The notes: a model not told the origin generated them from the letters alone. A DNA stretch of 64,000 bases from Draconibacterium orientale (GCA_020721645.1 DYMH01000002.1:4793-68792), one strand, 5' to 3'. Counted from the stretch's first letter, positions 34,953 to 44,960 are shown. A program made the numbers and translations.

Positions 34953-37781
34953 ATGAAAAAAATAATTCTGTTTTTTGCTGCAATATTTCTAACGAACTTG
35001 ATATTTTCACAAAGTAGAATATTTGAAAATCCAAATTCAATTCCTCTCGACCCGAAAGTTCTTAACGGAACATTGCCCAATGGAATGAAATATATGATTC
35101 GACACAATAATGTGCCCGAAAATCGAGCCGAATTTTATCTTGTACTCAATGCCGGTGCTGTTCTCGAAGACGATAAACAAAACGGATTGGCTCATTTTAC
35201 GGAACACATGGCGTTTAACGGAACAAAAAATTTCCCCGGAAAAAAAATCACAAATTTTATGGCGGAAAACGGTGTCGCATTCGGGCATAATGTAAACGCT
35301 TACACAACGCAAGATATAACGTGTTTCAAATTATCGGCAGTTCCCGTTGTCAGCGAAGGGTTGATAGATACTTCGCTGCTCATATTGCACGATTGGTCGG
35401 GCTGTATCACGTTCGACCCGAAAGAAATTGACGCCGAACGCAAAGTAATTCACGAAGAATGGCGAACACGCCAAAATGCCGGATTTCGTTTGAGAATGAG
35501 AACAGTAGATGCCATTTTCAATAATTCAAAATATGCCAAGCGAAACGTTATCGGCGACATAACTTTTATTGATAGCTTCAAACACGAAGATTTACTTCGT
35601 TTTTACAACGATTGGTATCGCCCCGATTTACAATGCCTAATCATAGTCGGCGATATTGACCCGAAAGATGTTGAAGCTAAAATCAGAAAAATTTTTGCCG
35701 ATATTCCGAAACGTGAAAATGCAAAACCTCGCACTGAAATCGAAATTCCGGATAACGATGAGCCGATTATCGCCGTTGCTTCCGATCCCGAAACTTCCGA
35801 ACCTTCGATACATTTTTATTTTAAGTATGATGTTGAAAAAGAGATGAATACGGAATACTTCAAAAAGAAGGTGATTTTCAGTTTACATAAATCAATGATC
35901 CGGAAAAGATTTATTGAAATTGCCGATGTTGAAAATTCTGCATTCAGATTGTCATATAATTCCTTTAAATTGGAAAATACGGGGCGAACAAAAAAAGCTT
36001 TTATTTTGACAGTTAAAACAAAATATGATGAAATTATCAAAGGCTTCGATTCTGTTTCAACAGAAATTGAACGAGTTCGCAGGTTCGGATTCTCTCAAGC
36101 CGAGTTAGATACCGCAATTGCAGATAGGATTAGAGAAATTGAGCGGATTTATAAAAATAAGGATAAAAGTAAAACGGAATCGAAATATTTTGTTTCCGGT
36201 TTACAAAATTATTTCCTCACAGGAGAACCTGTCCCGGGAATCGAATTTAATTACAATTTCCAAACAGAAATACTACCGAAAATCACTTTGGAAGATGTCA
36301 ATAATCTTGTAAAAGAACGATTTTCGGATAAAAACAGAGTGATAATCGTAACCGCACCCGAAAAACAAGACTGCATTTTGCCAACTGTTGATGAAATCCG
36401 AAAAATATTGGAATATATTAAAACAAAAAACATTCAACATTACCTTACAACCGATACTCTTGAAGTTTCACAAAAAAAACTTATCAAAGAATTGCCGAAA
36501 CCGGGCAAAATTTTATCTGAAAAAACAGAAAACGGAATTACGGAATGGACTTTCGAAAACGGTGTTCGTGTCATCATCAAACCAACTGATTTTACGGCAG
36601 ATAAAATATCAATGTCATCATTTTCTTTCGGCGGATATTCTTCGGTTTCCGATGACGAATTAAAAACATCAAGAATGCTCGAAAGCATAATAAAAGAAAG
36701 CGGAATCGGCGATTTCTCGAAAAAAGAATTAAAAAAGAAATTGAAAGGAAAGCATGCTTCTCTTACCATAGATTTTGATAAAAACGAACAAGGATTTTAC
36801 GGGCATTGTGCAAAAACCGATTTTGAAACTATGATGCAACTCACTTATTTATATGCTACTGCTCCTCGAATTGATACTGCCGAATGCAACAAAATGTATA
36901 AACTCGCTATCGAAAAACACAACAACCGAATCGCCACTTCCGAAACACAATTTTCAGATTCAATATTCTGCATTACAAATAATTACAGTCCACGTCGAAA
37001 ACTGTATAATCCCGAAATGCCCGACACGGAAACGTACCAAAAAGTGATACAAATTTATAAGAAAAAATTCTGTAATGCTTCCGGTTTTGCTTATGTTTTT
37101 GTAGGAAATATCAATCCGGATTCGGTAAAGCAATCTATTTCGACATATCTCGGCAGCTTGCCTTCAACCGGGAAAAGCGGCATGTGGAAAGACGAAAAAG
37201 TGCGACCTCCGAAAGGTGTTACAACAAAGAAATTATACTTTATATCAGAAAATACAAAAAGCACGGTTTTTATCAAATTTTCGGGAAAATTTCAGTACAA
37301 TCAAGTATCATTAAAGGAAACAGAAGCACTCAAATATATACTGAAAATACGATTTTTTGAAACGCTTCGCGAGAAAGAAGGCGGCACATACAGCGTAAAA
37401 GTGAGCACGGAAACCGATATTTTCCCAATTTCGCAATATTCTTTTACCATAACTTTTGATTGTGCTCCCGATAAAGCTGATTATCTCACAAAATTAATTT
37501 ATCAAGAAATCGAAAAATTTCAAAACGACGGACCGACAGCCTCCGAACTTCAAAAAACAACGGAATATTTTCGCAAAACACGCGAGGAAGATTTGAAGAC
37601 AAATATATTTTGGAACAACTTGCTCATCAGAAAACAATATTACGGATTCGATATTTATGCCGTTGATAATTACGAAGATATATTGAAAACACTCACTGTC
37701 CGGACGCTCAAACAAGCAGCATGCAAATTTTTTACTATGAATAATCGGATAGAATTAATTTCGACTCCGGAGAAAGGTTAA
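34953..37781 (+). CDS. M16-family (insulinase/pitrilysin-like) zinc peptidase, tandem-half type, secreted
   Basis: HFTEHMAFNG (HxxEH) with downstream E residues. Signal peptide MKKIILFFAAIFLTNLIFSQ. ATG 34953 is preferred over the upstream start at 34899. Confidence 0.85.
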   Translation: MKKIILFFAAIFLTNLIFSQSRIFENPNSIPLDPKVLNGTLPNGMKYMIRHNNVPENRAEFYLVLNAGAVLEDDKQNGLAHFTEHMAFNGTKNFPGKKITNFMAENGVAFGHNVNAYTTQDITCFKLSAVPVVSEGLIDTSLLILHDWSGCITFDPKEIDAERKVIHEEWRTRQNAGFRLRMRTVDAIFNNSKYAKRNVIGDITFIDSFKHEDLLRFYNDWYRPDLQCLIIVGDIDPKDVEAKIRKIFADIPKRENAKPRTEIEIPDNDEPIIAVASDPETSEPSIHFYFKYDVEKEMNTEYFKKKVIFSLHKSMIRKRFIEIADVENSAFRLSYNSFKLENTGRTKKAFILTVKTKYDEIIKGFDSVSTEIERVRRFGFSQAELDTAIADRIREIERIYKNKDKSKTESKYFVSGLQNYFLTGEPVPGIEFNYNFQTEILPKITLEDVNNLVKERFSDKNRVIIVTAPEKQDCILPTVDEIRKILEYIKTKNIQHYLTTDTLEVSQKKLIKELPKPGKILSEKTENGITEWTFENGVRVIIKPTDFTADKISMSSFSFGGYSSVSDDELKTSRMLESIIKESGIGDFSKKELKKKLKGKHASLTIDFDKNEQGFYGHCAKTDFETMMQLTYLYATAPRIDTAECNKMYKLAIEKHNNRIATSETQFSDSIFCITNNYSPRRKLYNPEMPDTETYQKVIQIYKKKFCNASGFAYVFVGNINPDSVKQSISTYLGSLPSTGKSGMWKDEKVRPPKGVTTKKLYFISENTKSTVFIKFSGKFQYNQVSLKETEALKYILKIRFFETLREKEGGTYSVKVSTETDIFPISQYSFTITFDCAPDKADYLTKLIYQEIEKFQNDGPTASELQKTTEYFRKTREEDLKTNIFWNNLLIRKQYYGFDIYAVDNYEDILKTLTVRTLKQAACKFFTMNNRIELISTPEKG

Positions 37782-37893
37782 TTATTCCGGAATTTTATAA
37801 ATTGTGAAAAATTTATTAAATTTGAATTTTCAAGCATAAAATAATCGTATAAAAATATTTTGAGTCCAAACTCGTTACTAACATCTTAACAGC

Positions 37894-38973
37894 ATGTCAT
37901 TCAATACACTAAAACCGGGCGTTGTAACCGGAAACGATTTACAAAATCTTTTCCGTATCGCCAAAGAAAATCAATTTGCAATTCCGGCAGTTAATGTCGT
38001 GAGCACCAATTCGGTAAATGCAGTTTTCGAAGCTGCAAAAATTGTCAATTCGCCGGTAATCATTCAATTATCCAATGGCGGAGCACAATTCTATGCCGGA
38101 AAAAGTTTGCCCAACGACAAACAACAAGCCTCCATTTTGGGCGGCGTTTCGGCTGCAAAACACATACACACCGTAGCCGAATTTTACGGCGTTCCCGTGG
38201 TTTTACATACCGACCATGCAGCAAAAAAATTATTACCATGGATAGACGGTTTGCTCGATGCCGGTGAAAAACATTTCAAAGAATCCGGCAAACCCTTGTT
38301 CAGCTCTCACATGCTCGATTTGTCGGAAGAACCGCTCGAAGAAAACATTGCCATTTGCGAAAAATATCTGGCTCGCATGGCAAAAATCGGTATGACACTC
38401 GAAATCGAACTTGGCGTAACCGGCGGCGAAGAAGACGGCGTTGATAATTCCGAAGTCGATAATGCCGAGCTCTACACACAACCCTCGGAAGTTGCCTATG
38501 CTTATGAAAAGTTGAAAGCAATAAGTCCTAATTTTACCATTGCCGCATCTTTTGGCAATGTTCACGGGGTTTACAAACCCGGAAATGTGAAATTGACACC
38601 AAAAATACTGCACAATTCACAAGAATTTATTCAGAAAAAATTCAATACCGCCGAAAAACCCGTTGATTTTGTATTTCACGGAGGTTCCGGCTCATCGCAC
38701 GAAGAAATCCGCGAAGCCGTTTCCTACGGAGTCATTAAAATGAATATCGATACCGATACTCAATGGGCTTTTTGGGACGGAATCCGAAAATTCGACATCG
38801 CCAAACACGCCTATCTGCAATCGCAAATCGGAAATCCGGAAGGCGAAGACCAACCCAATAAAAAATTCTACGACCCACGCGTATGGCTGCGTGAAGGTGA
38901 AAAATCAATTGTTGAACGTTTAAAAATTGCTTTCCAAGATTTGAACTGCATAAACCGAAACGAAAATTTGTAA
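37894..38973 (+). CDS. fba: Class II fructose-1,6-bisphosphate aldolase
   Basis: 359 aa. Motifs: FAIPAVNV, VVLHTDHA, SFGNVHGVYKPGNV, FVFHGGSGS. Confidence 0.93.
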   Translation: MSFNTLKPGVVTGNDLQNLFRIAKENQFAIPAVNVVSTNSVNAVFEAAKIVNSPVIIQLSNGGAQFYAGKSLPNDKQQASILGGVSAAKHIHTVAEFYGVPVVLHTDHAAKKLLPWIDGLLDAGEKHFKESGKPLFSSHMLDLSEEPLEENIAICEKYLARMAKIGMTLEIELGVTGGEEDGVDNSEVDNAELYTQPSEVAYAYEKLKAISPNFTIAASFGNVHGVYKPGNVKLTPKILHNSQEFIQKKFNTAEKPVDFVFHGGSGSSHEEIREAVSYGVIKMNIDTDTQWAFWDGIRKFDIAKHAYLQSQIGNPEGEDQPNKKFYDPRVWLREGEKSIVERLKIAFQDLNCINRNENL

Positions 38974-39076
38974 AACAGACACAAGATTTTAGACACAAGA
39001 CACAAGAAAAAAACTTGTGTCTATTCTAAATTCTAACTACTAATTCCTAATTTCTAATTCCTAATTCCTACTTTTA
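38974..39076 (+). repeat. Composite intergenic cassette, copy B (AGACACAAG words, perfect 9-bp hairpin, TAATTCCTAA-type 8-nt repeats)
   Basis: cagacacaagattttagacacaagacacaag-aaaaaaa-cttgtgtct (hairpin 38998-39022), then attctaaattctaactactaattcctaatttctaattcctaattcctac running up to the accD start. Confidence 0.85.
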
Positions 39077-39934
39077 ATGGCAGAAGAAAATTCCGGTTGG
39101 TTCAACCGAAGCGAGAAAGGCATCATCACCGAAACAAAAGATAAAAAAGAAGTAAAAGAAGGCTTGTGGTACAAATGCCCCGAATGCAAAAAAATTGTTC
39201 CCACAGCCGACCACGAAAATAATCTTAATGTCTGCCAATGCGGCTATCATGAAAGAATACCCTCAGTCAAATATTTTGAAATATTATTCGATAACCATCA
39301 ATACAAAGAAATCGACACCCACCTGACATCAGCAGACCCTCTGAATTTTAAAGATACAAAAAAATATTCCGAGCGTCTGACAGCCGTCATGAAAAAAACA
39401 AAACTCAAAGATGCCTTAACAACAGCAGTTGGTAAAATCGGAAACTACGAAACTGTCGTTGCTTCCATGAATTTTGAATTTATCGGCGGGTCGATGGGGG
39501 CAGTTGTCGGCGAAAAAATAGCACGAGCAGTTGATTATGCAATTAAACAACGATGTCCGTTAATAATAATTTCAAAATCAGGCGGAGCTCGCATGATGGA
39601 AGCCGCATTTTCACTAATGCAAATGGCAAAAACATCAGCAAAATTGATGCAATTGTCCCAAGCCAAGTTACCCTATATTTCCCTGCTTCTCGACCCTACA
39701 ACCGGCGGAACCACAGCATCGTTTGCTATGTTGGGAGATGTTAATATTTCCGAACCGGGTGCTCTGATTGGATTCGCAGGTCCGCGTGTAGTACGAGAAA
39801 CAATCGGCAGAGATTTGCCCGACGGATTTCAAACAGCCGAATTTGTTCTCGAACACGGATTTTTGGATTATATCGTCGAACGAAAAAATTTGAAAGAAAC
39901 CATATCACAACAAATCAGAATGTTTATGGAATGA
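39077..39934 (+). CDS. accD: Acetyl-CoA carboxylase carboxyltransferase beta subunit
   Basis: 285 aa. N-terminal zinc ribbon CPECKK...CQCGYH and carboxyltransferase core ([19 protein letters not shown]). Confidence 0.93.
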   Translation: MAEENSGWFNRSEKGIITETKDKKEVKEGLWYKCPECKKIVPTADHENNLNVCQCGYHERIPSVKYFEILFDNHQYKEIDTHLTSADPLNFKDTKKYSERLTAVMKKTKLKDALTTAVGKIGNYETVVASMNFEFIGGSMGAVVGEKIARAVDYAIKQRCPLIIISKSGGARMMEAAFSLMQMAKTSAKLMQLSQAKLPYISLLLDPTTGGTTASFAMLGDVNISEPGALIGFAGPRVVRETIGRDLPDGFQTAEFVLEHGFLDYIVERKNLKETISQQIRMFME

Positions 39935-40197
39935 TATACTTTGATTGGTTGATTTTTTGATGTGATGAGATACTGATTGCTTTTAATATCAATACGTTAA
40001 ACAATTTGTAAATCGCAATTTAAGTCCCTGCTTAGTATAAAATGGAAAATTCTGAAATAAATACAAATTCAGCTTTCTGTAACCCTTGTTTATATACTAA
40101 AAACGGTTAATTTGTTTACTTTTAGATGTTTGTAAGTGTTTAATATTCAGCATAATCAACACATCATCGCATTAAATAATCAACCAATCAGAGTATA
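39935..40197. repeat. 263-bp element bounded by about 46-bp imperfect terminal inverted repeats (MITE-like or giant hairpin)
   Basis: The left end is TATACTTTGATTGGTTGATT... and the reverse complement of the right end is TATACTCTGATTGGTTGATT... . These match at 19 of the first 20 nt and roughly 36 of 46 overall. It begins at the base after the accD stop codon. The arms are themselves made of TGATT/TGATG words. Confidence 0.7.
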
Positions 40198-40278
40198 TAT
40201 TGATTCTAAACTTTTTGGATTTGATATAATAACACTCGAATCCATTTTTACATTTCCAAATTTTTACAATTTTCTTGA

Positions 40279-41427
40279 ATGTCAATAAAAGAAGATTTAA
40301 AAGAACTCTTTTCCTTCAATCGCAGTCAACGTAACGGTGTCATTGTTCTGTTGAGTTTAATTTTTCTGGTATTCACGGTGAATCTTTTGTTCGTTCGATT
40401 TTATCACGAAAAAAAATACGATTACTCTGAATTTCAAAAAGAAATTGACAGTTTTCTTGCCCAAAGAAAGCCATCAAACGAAACACAAAGCGAAAATCGC
40501 TTGAATAAGGCTATTCTCGAACGTTACGATACTTTGAAACTTTTCAATTTCGACCCCAATCAAATGACCGCCGAAATCGGTTTGAATCTTGGACTGTCCG
40601 AAAAACAAGTCAATACCATCCTCAATGCAATAAAAAAAGGCTATCGTTTTTACGATAAAGATGATTTTCGTAAAATCTACGGTATTCGACAAAAACAATA
40701 TGAAATACTCAGCCCGTATATTAAAATCAAAACCGCTTCTCTTCAACACTTTCAACGATATACGGAAGAAAAATACCGGGAAGATTTTCCGTCTGAAGAT
40801 TCATTGTTTACTTTCGACCCCAATACCGCAACAGAAACGCAATGGAAACAATTAGGATTTAGCGAAAAACAGATATCCACCATACAAAATTTTACTTCGA
40901 AAGGCGGAAAATTTAAAACACCCGATGATTTAAAGAAAATTTACGGAATAAAAAGTACCCAATACGAAAAAATTAAAGATTATATCGCAATTTCATCAAC
41001 CAATACATCGGGACAAAATACCATTGTAAAGATTATCGATTTGAATAATGATGATGTTGAAAAATTAAAGACATATGGCGGATTTTGGAAATATAATGCA
41101 GCAAAAATAGTGAAATATCGCACAGCACTCGGCGGATTTGTCAATAAATCACAACTCTACGAATTGTACGGTATCAAAAAAGAATATGTCGATAAAATAA
41201 GCGATTCAGTCTATATCGACAGAAGCAAAATCGAAAAAATCAGAATCAATTTTGCCGATACAGAAGAACTTTCAAAGCACCCCTATTTATCTTTTGAAAA
41301 TGCAAAAGATATAATTCGTTTTCGCGATTTAAACGGACCATTTTTTGAAATAAAAAAACTAAGACAAGCCAAAATCATTTCAGAAACCACCTATCAACAA
41401 ATTTATCCGTATATTACCGAAAAATAA
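40279..41427 (+). CDS. Membrane-anchored protein with four ComEA-like helix-hairpin-helix repeats
   Basis: 382 aa. N-terminal TM helix, then four about 65-aa repeats of the pattern F.FDPN..T...W..LG(F/L)SEKQ...I......G.F....DL.KIYGI...YE.I..YI. Confidence 0.7.
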   Translation: MSIKEDLKELFSFNRSQRNGVIVLLSLIFLVFTVNLLFVRFYHEKKYDYSEFQKEIDSFLAQRKPSNETQSENRLNKAILERYDTLKLFNFDPNQMTAEIGLNLGLSEKQVNTILNAIKKGYRFYDKDDFRKIYGIRQKQYEILSPYIKIKTASLQHFQRYTEEKYREDFPSEDSLFTFDPNTATETQWKQLGFSEKQISTIQNFTSKGGKFKTPDDLKKIYGIKSTQYEKIKDYIAISSTNTSGQNTIVKIIDLNNDDVEKLKTYGGFWKYNAAKIVKYRTALGGFVNKSQLYELYGIKKEYVDKISDSVYIDRSKIEKIRINFADTEELSKHPYLSFENAKDIIRFRDLNGPFFEIKKLRQAKIISETTYQQIYPYITEK

Positions 41428-41522
41428 ATGTTCGATTAAAATTCACAAAATAAGATGATTGAAAAAATGTAAGGTAAAAACCGTAAAATTGAAAATAAAT
41501 TAATTTTGTTTTTCAAAATAAA

Positions 41523-41553
41523 TTTGTTATTTTTATACTTATTGATAATTTTG
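41523..41553 (+). promoter_or_regulatory. Bacteroidota-type promoter upstream of rpsU
   Basis: TTTG (41523-41526), 19-nt spacer, TAATTTTG (41546-41553). This matches the TTTG / TAnnTTTG consensus described for Bacteroides primary-sigma promoters. Confidence 0.5.
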
Positions 41554-41633
41554 CAACTCAATTTTTGGGAAGCAAATCATCACGAGATTCTCAAAATCAC
41601 AACTAAAATGTTTCATTAATTAATACCATTTTC

Positions 41634-41831
41634 ATGATAGTAGTACCTGTTAAAGAAGGCGAAAGTATTGAAAAAGCTCTTAAAAAGTTCAAAAAAAAAT
41701 TTGAAAGAACCGGCGTAGTAAAAGAAATCCGTCGCCGCCAAGCCTTCAAAAAACCTTCGGTTGAACAACGCGAAGAAAAAATAAAAGCCGTTTACAAACA
41801 AGGGCTTATTACAGAAGAGTTGCAATCATAG
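41634..41831 (+). CDS. rpsU: 30S ribosomal protein S21
   Basis: 65 aa. MIVVPVKEGESIEKALKKFKKKFERTGVVKEIRRRQAFKKPS. Confidence 0.93.
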   Translation: MIVVPVKEGESIEKALKKFKKKFERTGVVKEIRRRQAFKKPSVEQREEKIKAVYKQGLITEELQS

Positions 41832-41911
41832 CCGCATTGCATCAGGAGTGAGAATCCGACAAAAACTCAAAACTCGAAGTTCCCGTTACAAAACCTGAAT
41901 CAGTGTTAAGC

Positions 41912-42787
41912 ATGAAAATCGGAGTATTTCTGCAATATTTACAAATACAAAGAAAATATTCGGAGCATACCGTAAATGCTTATAAGAATGATTTAAGCTC
42001 GTTTGAGCTGTTTTTTAGCGGGAATTTTGGCGTTGAGCCCGATAATGCTCAGTATGCTGATATTAGAAAATGGATAGCATTTCTTGCGGAAGAAAAAATT
42101 TCCGCACGCAGTATTAATCGAAAAATATCAGCATTACGAACATATTTCAACTATCTGATAAAAAACGGAATCCTGAGTGAAAATCCGACAAATCAGATTG
42201 TCGGTCCAAAGGTTTCTAAAAAATTGCCTGCTTTTATAGAGCAAGAAAGTATTGATATGCTCAATAATCACGATTTATTCGGATTTGATTTCAGAGGCTG
42301 TCGAAACATGTTAATCGTTGAAATTCTATACGGAACAGGCATTCGGCGTGCCGAGCTCATTAATTTGAAAAATATAAACGTTGATATTGTTAAATGTCAA
42401 ATCAAAGTTTTGGGCAAAAGAAATAAAGAACGGATTATTCCATATCCCAAGTCTATTTTGCCACTGATAGAGGAATATCATCGTTTCAAAAATCAAATTG
42501 CTGTTAAAACCGACACGTTTTTAATCACAGAAAAAGGGGCATCGCTGTATCCGAAATTGATACATCGTGTTGTTGCTCAATATCTTGGAATGGTTAGTAC
42601 ATCGGAAAAAAAGAGTCCGCATGTTTTAAGACACACTTTCGCCACACATCTATTAAACAACGGAGCCGACATCAATGCCATAAAAGAATTATTGGGTCAT
42701 TCCAATTTATCGGCAACACAAATATATACACATACAAGTTTCGAGAGATTAAACCAAATATACAAACAAGCTCATCCAAGAGCATAA
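41912..42787 (+). CDS. Tyrosine recombinase, XerC/XerD family
   Basis: SAM-like N-terminal domain. Catalytic residues in GIRRAELINL, HVLRHTFATHLL, LGHSNLSATQIYTH. It sits in the rpsU - recombinase - hpf context seen in many Bacteroidota. Confidence 0.85.
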   Translation: MKIGVFLQYLQIQRKYSEHTVNAYKNDLSSFELFFSGNFGVEPDNAQYADIRKWIAFLAEEKISARSINRKISALRTYFNYLIKNGILSENPTNQIVGPKVSKKLPAFIEQESIDMLNNHDLFGFDFRGCRNMLIVEILYGTGIRRAELINLKNINVDIVKCQIKVLGKRNKERIIPYPKSILPLIEEYHRFKNQIAVKTDTFLITEKGASLYPKLIHRVVAQYLGMVSTSEKKSPHVLRHTFATHLLNNGADINAIKELLGHSNLSATQIYTHTSFERLNQIYKQAHPRA

Positions 42788-42806
42788 AACAAAGGAGGAC
42801 AACACC

Positions 42807-43106
42807 ATGAACATGAAAATCAATTGCGTTCATTTCGATGCCGACACGAAATTAGAAGACTTTGTGAAATTAAAAGTTGGCAAATTAGAAAATTTTTTCG
42901 ATGGAATTATTAGTTCGGAAGTTTTCCTAACATTCGATAAGTCGGAAAAACCCCATACTGAAAATAAAATTGCGAAGATATTAATCGAAATCCCGGGCAG
43001 CGAATTGTTTGCCGAAAAGCAAGCGAAAACATTTGAAGAAGCTGTGGATCTGTCAATTGAAGCCTTAAAAAAACAAATACAAAAGCATAAGGAAAAATTG
43101 AAATAA
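42807..43106 (+). CDS. hpf: Ribosome hibernation promoting factor (short HPF/RaiA family)
   Basis: 99 aa. KLEDFVKLKVGKLENFFDGIISSEVFL...AEKQAKTFEEAVDLSIEALKKQIQKHKEK. Confidence 0.85.
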   Translation: MNMKINCVHFDADTKLEDFVKLKVGKLENFFDGIISSEVFLTFDKSEKPHTENKIAKILIEIPGSELFAEKQAKTFEEAVDLSIEALKKQIQKHKEKLK

Positions 43107-43135
43107 AAAAAAACAGAAAAAAAATTACAATAAAT

Positions 43136-43165
43136 TTTGTAAAGAAAAAAAAAAACGTACATTTG
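43136..43165 (+). promoter_or_regulatory. Bacteroidota-type promoter for the tRNA-tuf transcription unit
   Basis: TTTG (43136-43139), 18-nt spacer, TACATTTG (43158-43165), about 50 nt upstream of the first tRNA. Confidence 0.45.
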
Positions 43166-43213
43166 CAAACCGATTTTTGAGGCAAAAACCGGTAAAAGTT
43201 CTGAAAAAAAATT

Positions 43214-43287
43214 GCCGGTGTAGCTCAGTTGGCCAGAGCAGCTGATTTGTAATCAGCTGGTCGGCGGTTCGAATCCGTCCACCGGCT
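43214..43287 (+). tRNA. tRNA-Thr (TGT)
   Basis: Acceptor GCCGGTG/CACCGGC, anticodon stem GCTGA/TCAGC, loop TTTGTAA, T-loop TTCGAAT. Confidence 0.9.
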
Positions 43288-43315
43288 CAATTTTTTTATG
43301 TACGTTTTAAAGTTT

Positions 43316-43397
43316 GGGGAGATTCCAGAGCGGCCAAATGGGGCAGACTGTAAATCTGTTGTCTTCGACTTCGGAGGTTCGAATCCTCCTCTCCCCA
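43316..43397 (+). tRNA. tRNA-Tyr (GTA)
   Basis: Acceptor GGGGAGA/TCTCCCC, anticodon loop CTGTAAA, long variable arm, T-arm GGAGG-TTCGAAT-CCTCC. Confidence 0.9.
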
Positions 43398-43413
43398 CAA
43401 AAACGCAAAGCAT

Positions 43414-43486
43414 GCGGGAGTAGCTCAGTTGGTAGAGCGGCAGCCTTCCAAGCTGCAGGTCGCGGGTTCGAACCTCGTCTCCCGCT
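43414..43486 (+). tRNA. tRNA-Gly (TCC)
   Basis: Acceptor GCGGGAG/CTCCCGC, anticodon stem GCAGC/GCTGC, loop CTTCCAA. Confidence 0.9.
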
Positions 43487-43495
43487 CTTTTTAAA

Positions 43496-43567
43496 GCCCA
43501 CGTAGCTCAGGGGTAGAGCGTTTCCTTGGTAAGGAAGAGGTCCCGGGTTCAATTCCCGGCGTAGGCT
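43496..43567 (+). tRNA. tRNA-Thr (GGT)
   Basis: Acceptor GCCCACG/CGTAGGC (one C:A mismatch at 4:69), anticodon loop TTGGTAA, T-arm CCGGG-TTCAATT-CCCGG. Confidence 0.8.
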
Positions 43568-43617
43568 CTTCATGCAATTCGTTTTTAATTCAAAACCATA
43601 TCTAATAATTTTCAATC

Positions 43618-44805
43618 ATGGCTAAAGAAACATTTAAAAGAACCAAACCACACGTTAATATCGGTACAATCGGTCACGTTGACCACGGTAAAACAACATT
43701 GACGTCAGCAATAACAATGGTTTTAAACAAAAAAGGACTCTGCGAAATCAAGTCTTTTGATTCTATTGATAATGCTCCCGAAGAAAAAGAAAGAGGGATT
43801 ACAATCAATACAGCACACGTTGAGTATGAAACCGAAGCAAGACATTATGCTCACGTAGATTGTCCGGGACATGCTGACTATGTTAAAAACATGGTAACAG
43901 GTGCTGCCCAAATGGACGGAGCTATTATTGTTGTTGCAGGAACCGACGGACCAATGCCTCAAACACGTGAACATATCCTATTAGCACGTCAGGTAAACGT
44001 TCCCAGATTAGTTGTTTTTATCAATAAAGTTGATATGGTCGATGATCCGGAATTGCTCGAACTCGTTGAAATGGAAATGAGAGAACTTCTTACTTTCTAT
44101 AATTTCGACGGCGACAATACTCCTGTTATCCACGGTTCGGCACTTGGTGCATTGAACGGTGAACCTCAGTGGGAAGAAAAAGTAATGGAATTAATGAATG
44201 CTGTTGATACTTGGGTTCCTTTGCCTCCTCGCGATGTTGATAAAGATTTCTTGATGTCGGTTGAAGACGTATTCTCCATTACCGGACGCGGTACTGTTGC
44301 AACCGGTAGAATTGAAACAGGAAAAATTCATACAGGCGACCCGGTTCAAATTGTTGGATTGAGCGAAGAAAAAATGAAATCGGTGGTTACCGGTGTTGAA
44401 ATGTTCAGAAAAATTCTTGACGACGGACAAGCAGGAGATAACGTTGGTTTATTATTACGCGGTATCGACAAAGAACAAATCAAACGCGGAATGGTTATCG
44501 CAAAACCGGAAAGTATTACACCTCATAAAAATTTCAAAGCTGAAGTTTATATTTTGAAAAAAGAAGAAGGTGGACGACATACACCATTCCATAATAACTA
44601 TCGACCACAATTCTATCTAAGAACATTAGATATTACAGGTGAAATTCACTTACCGCAAGGAATGGAAATGGTTATGCCGGGCGATAATGTATCGGTAGAA
44701 GTTCATTTGATTTATCCTGTTGCCATGACACAAGGTTTACGATTTGCAATTCGCGAAGGCGGAAGAACAGTTGGTGCCGGTCAGGTAACTGAAATTATAG
44801 ACTAA
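43618..44805 (+). CDS. tuf: Elongation factor Tu
   Basis: 395 aa. Motifs: [22 protein letters not shown], full-length EF-Tu pattern. Confidence 0.98.
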   Translation: MAKETFKRTKPHVNIGTIGHVDHGKTTLTSAITMVLNKKGLCEIKSFDSIDNAPEEKERGITINTAHVEYETEARHYAHVDCPGHADYVKNMVTGAAQMDGAIIVVAGTDGPMPQTREHILLARQVNVPRLVVFINKVDMVDDPELLELVEMEMRELLTFYNFDGDNTPVIHGSALGALNGEPQWEEKVMELMNAVDTWVPLPPRDVDKDFLMSVEDVFSITGRGTVATGRIETGKIHTGDPVQIVGLSEEKMKSVVTGVEMFRKILDDGQAGDNVGLLLRGIDKEQIKRGMVIAKPESITPHKNFKAEVYILKKEEGGRHTPFHNNYRPQFYLRTLDITGEIHLPQGMEMVMPGDNVSVEVHLIYPVAMTQGLRFAIREGGRTVGAGQVTEIID

Positions 44806-44821
44806 TAAAGACTAAAAACAC

Positions 44822-44856
44822 ATTAGATTCGACAGTATACACTTGTCGAATCTAAT
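44822..44856 (+). terminator. Perfect 13-bp stem-loop between tuf and tRNA-Trp (terminator or processing signal)
   Basis: ATTAGATTCGACA (44822-44834) pairs with TGTCGAATCTAAT (44844-44856), with a 9-nt loop. Only a weak T-tract follows. Confidence 0.5.
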
Positions 44857-44869
44857 TGTGTTAAAATAT

Positions 44870-44942
44870 ACGGGAGTAGCTCAGTTGGTAGAGCACCGGT
44901 CTCCAAAACCGGGTGTCGGGAGTTCGAGCCTCTCCTCCCGTG
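44870..44942 (+). tRNA. tRNA-Trp (CCA)
   Basis: Acceptor ACGGGAG/CTCCCGT, anticodon stem CCGGT/ACCGG, loop CTCCAAA. Confidence 0.9.
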
Positions 44943-44960
44943 CAAATTTATCTAAAAAGT

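Noticed and set aside
41912-42787. Tyrosine recombinase as a marker of an integrated mobile element next to a tRNA cluster
   Set aside because: It sits in the rpsU - recombinase - hpf - tRNA - tuf arrangement that is conserved in Bacteroidota. There are no other phage or ICE genes and no flanking direct repeats, so it is most simply a chromosomal Xer-type recombinase.
43225-43615. ORFs overlapping the tRNA cluster (43225-43413, 43307-43615, 43314-43505; also 31245-31445 and 44881-45072)
   Set aside because: They are composed of tRNA sequence read as codons, and the tRNA cloverleaves are clear.
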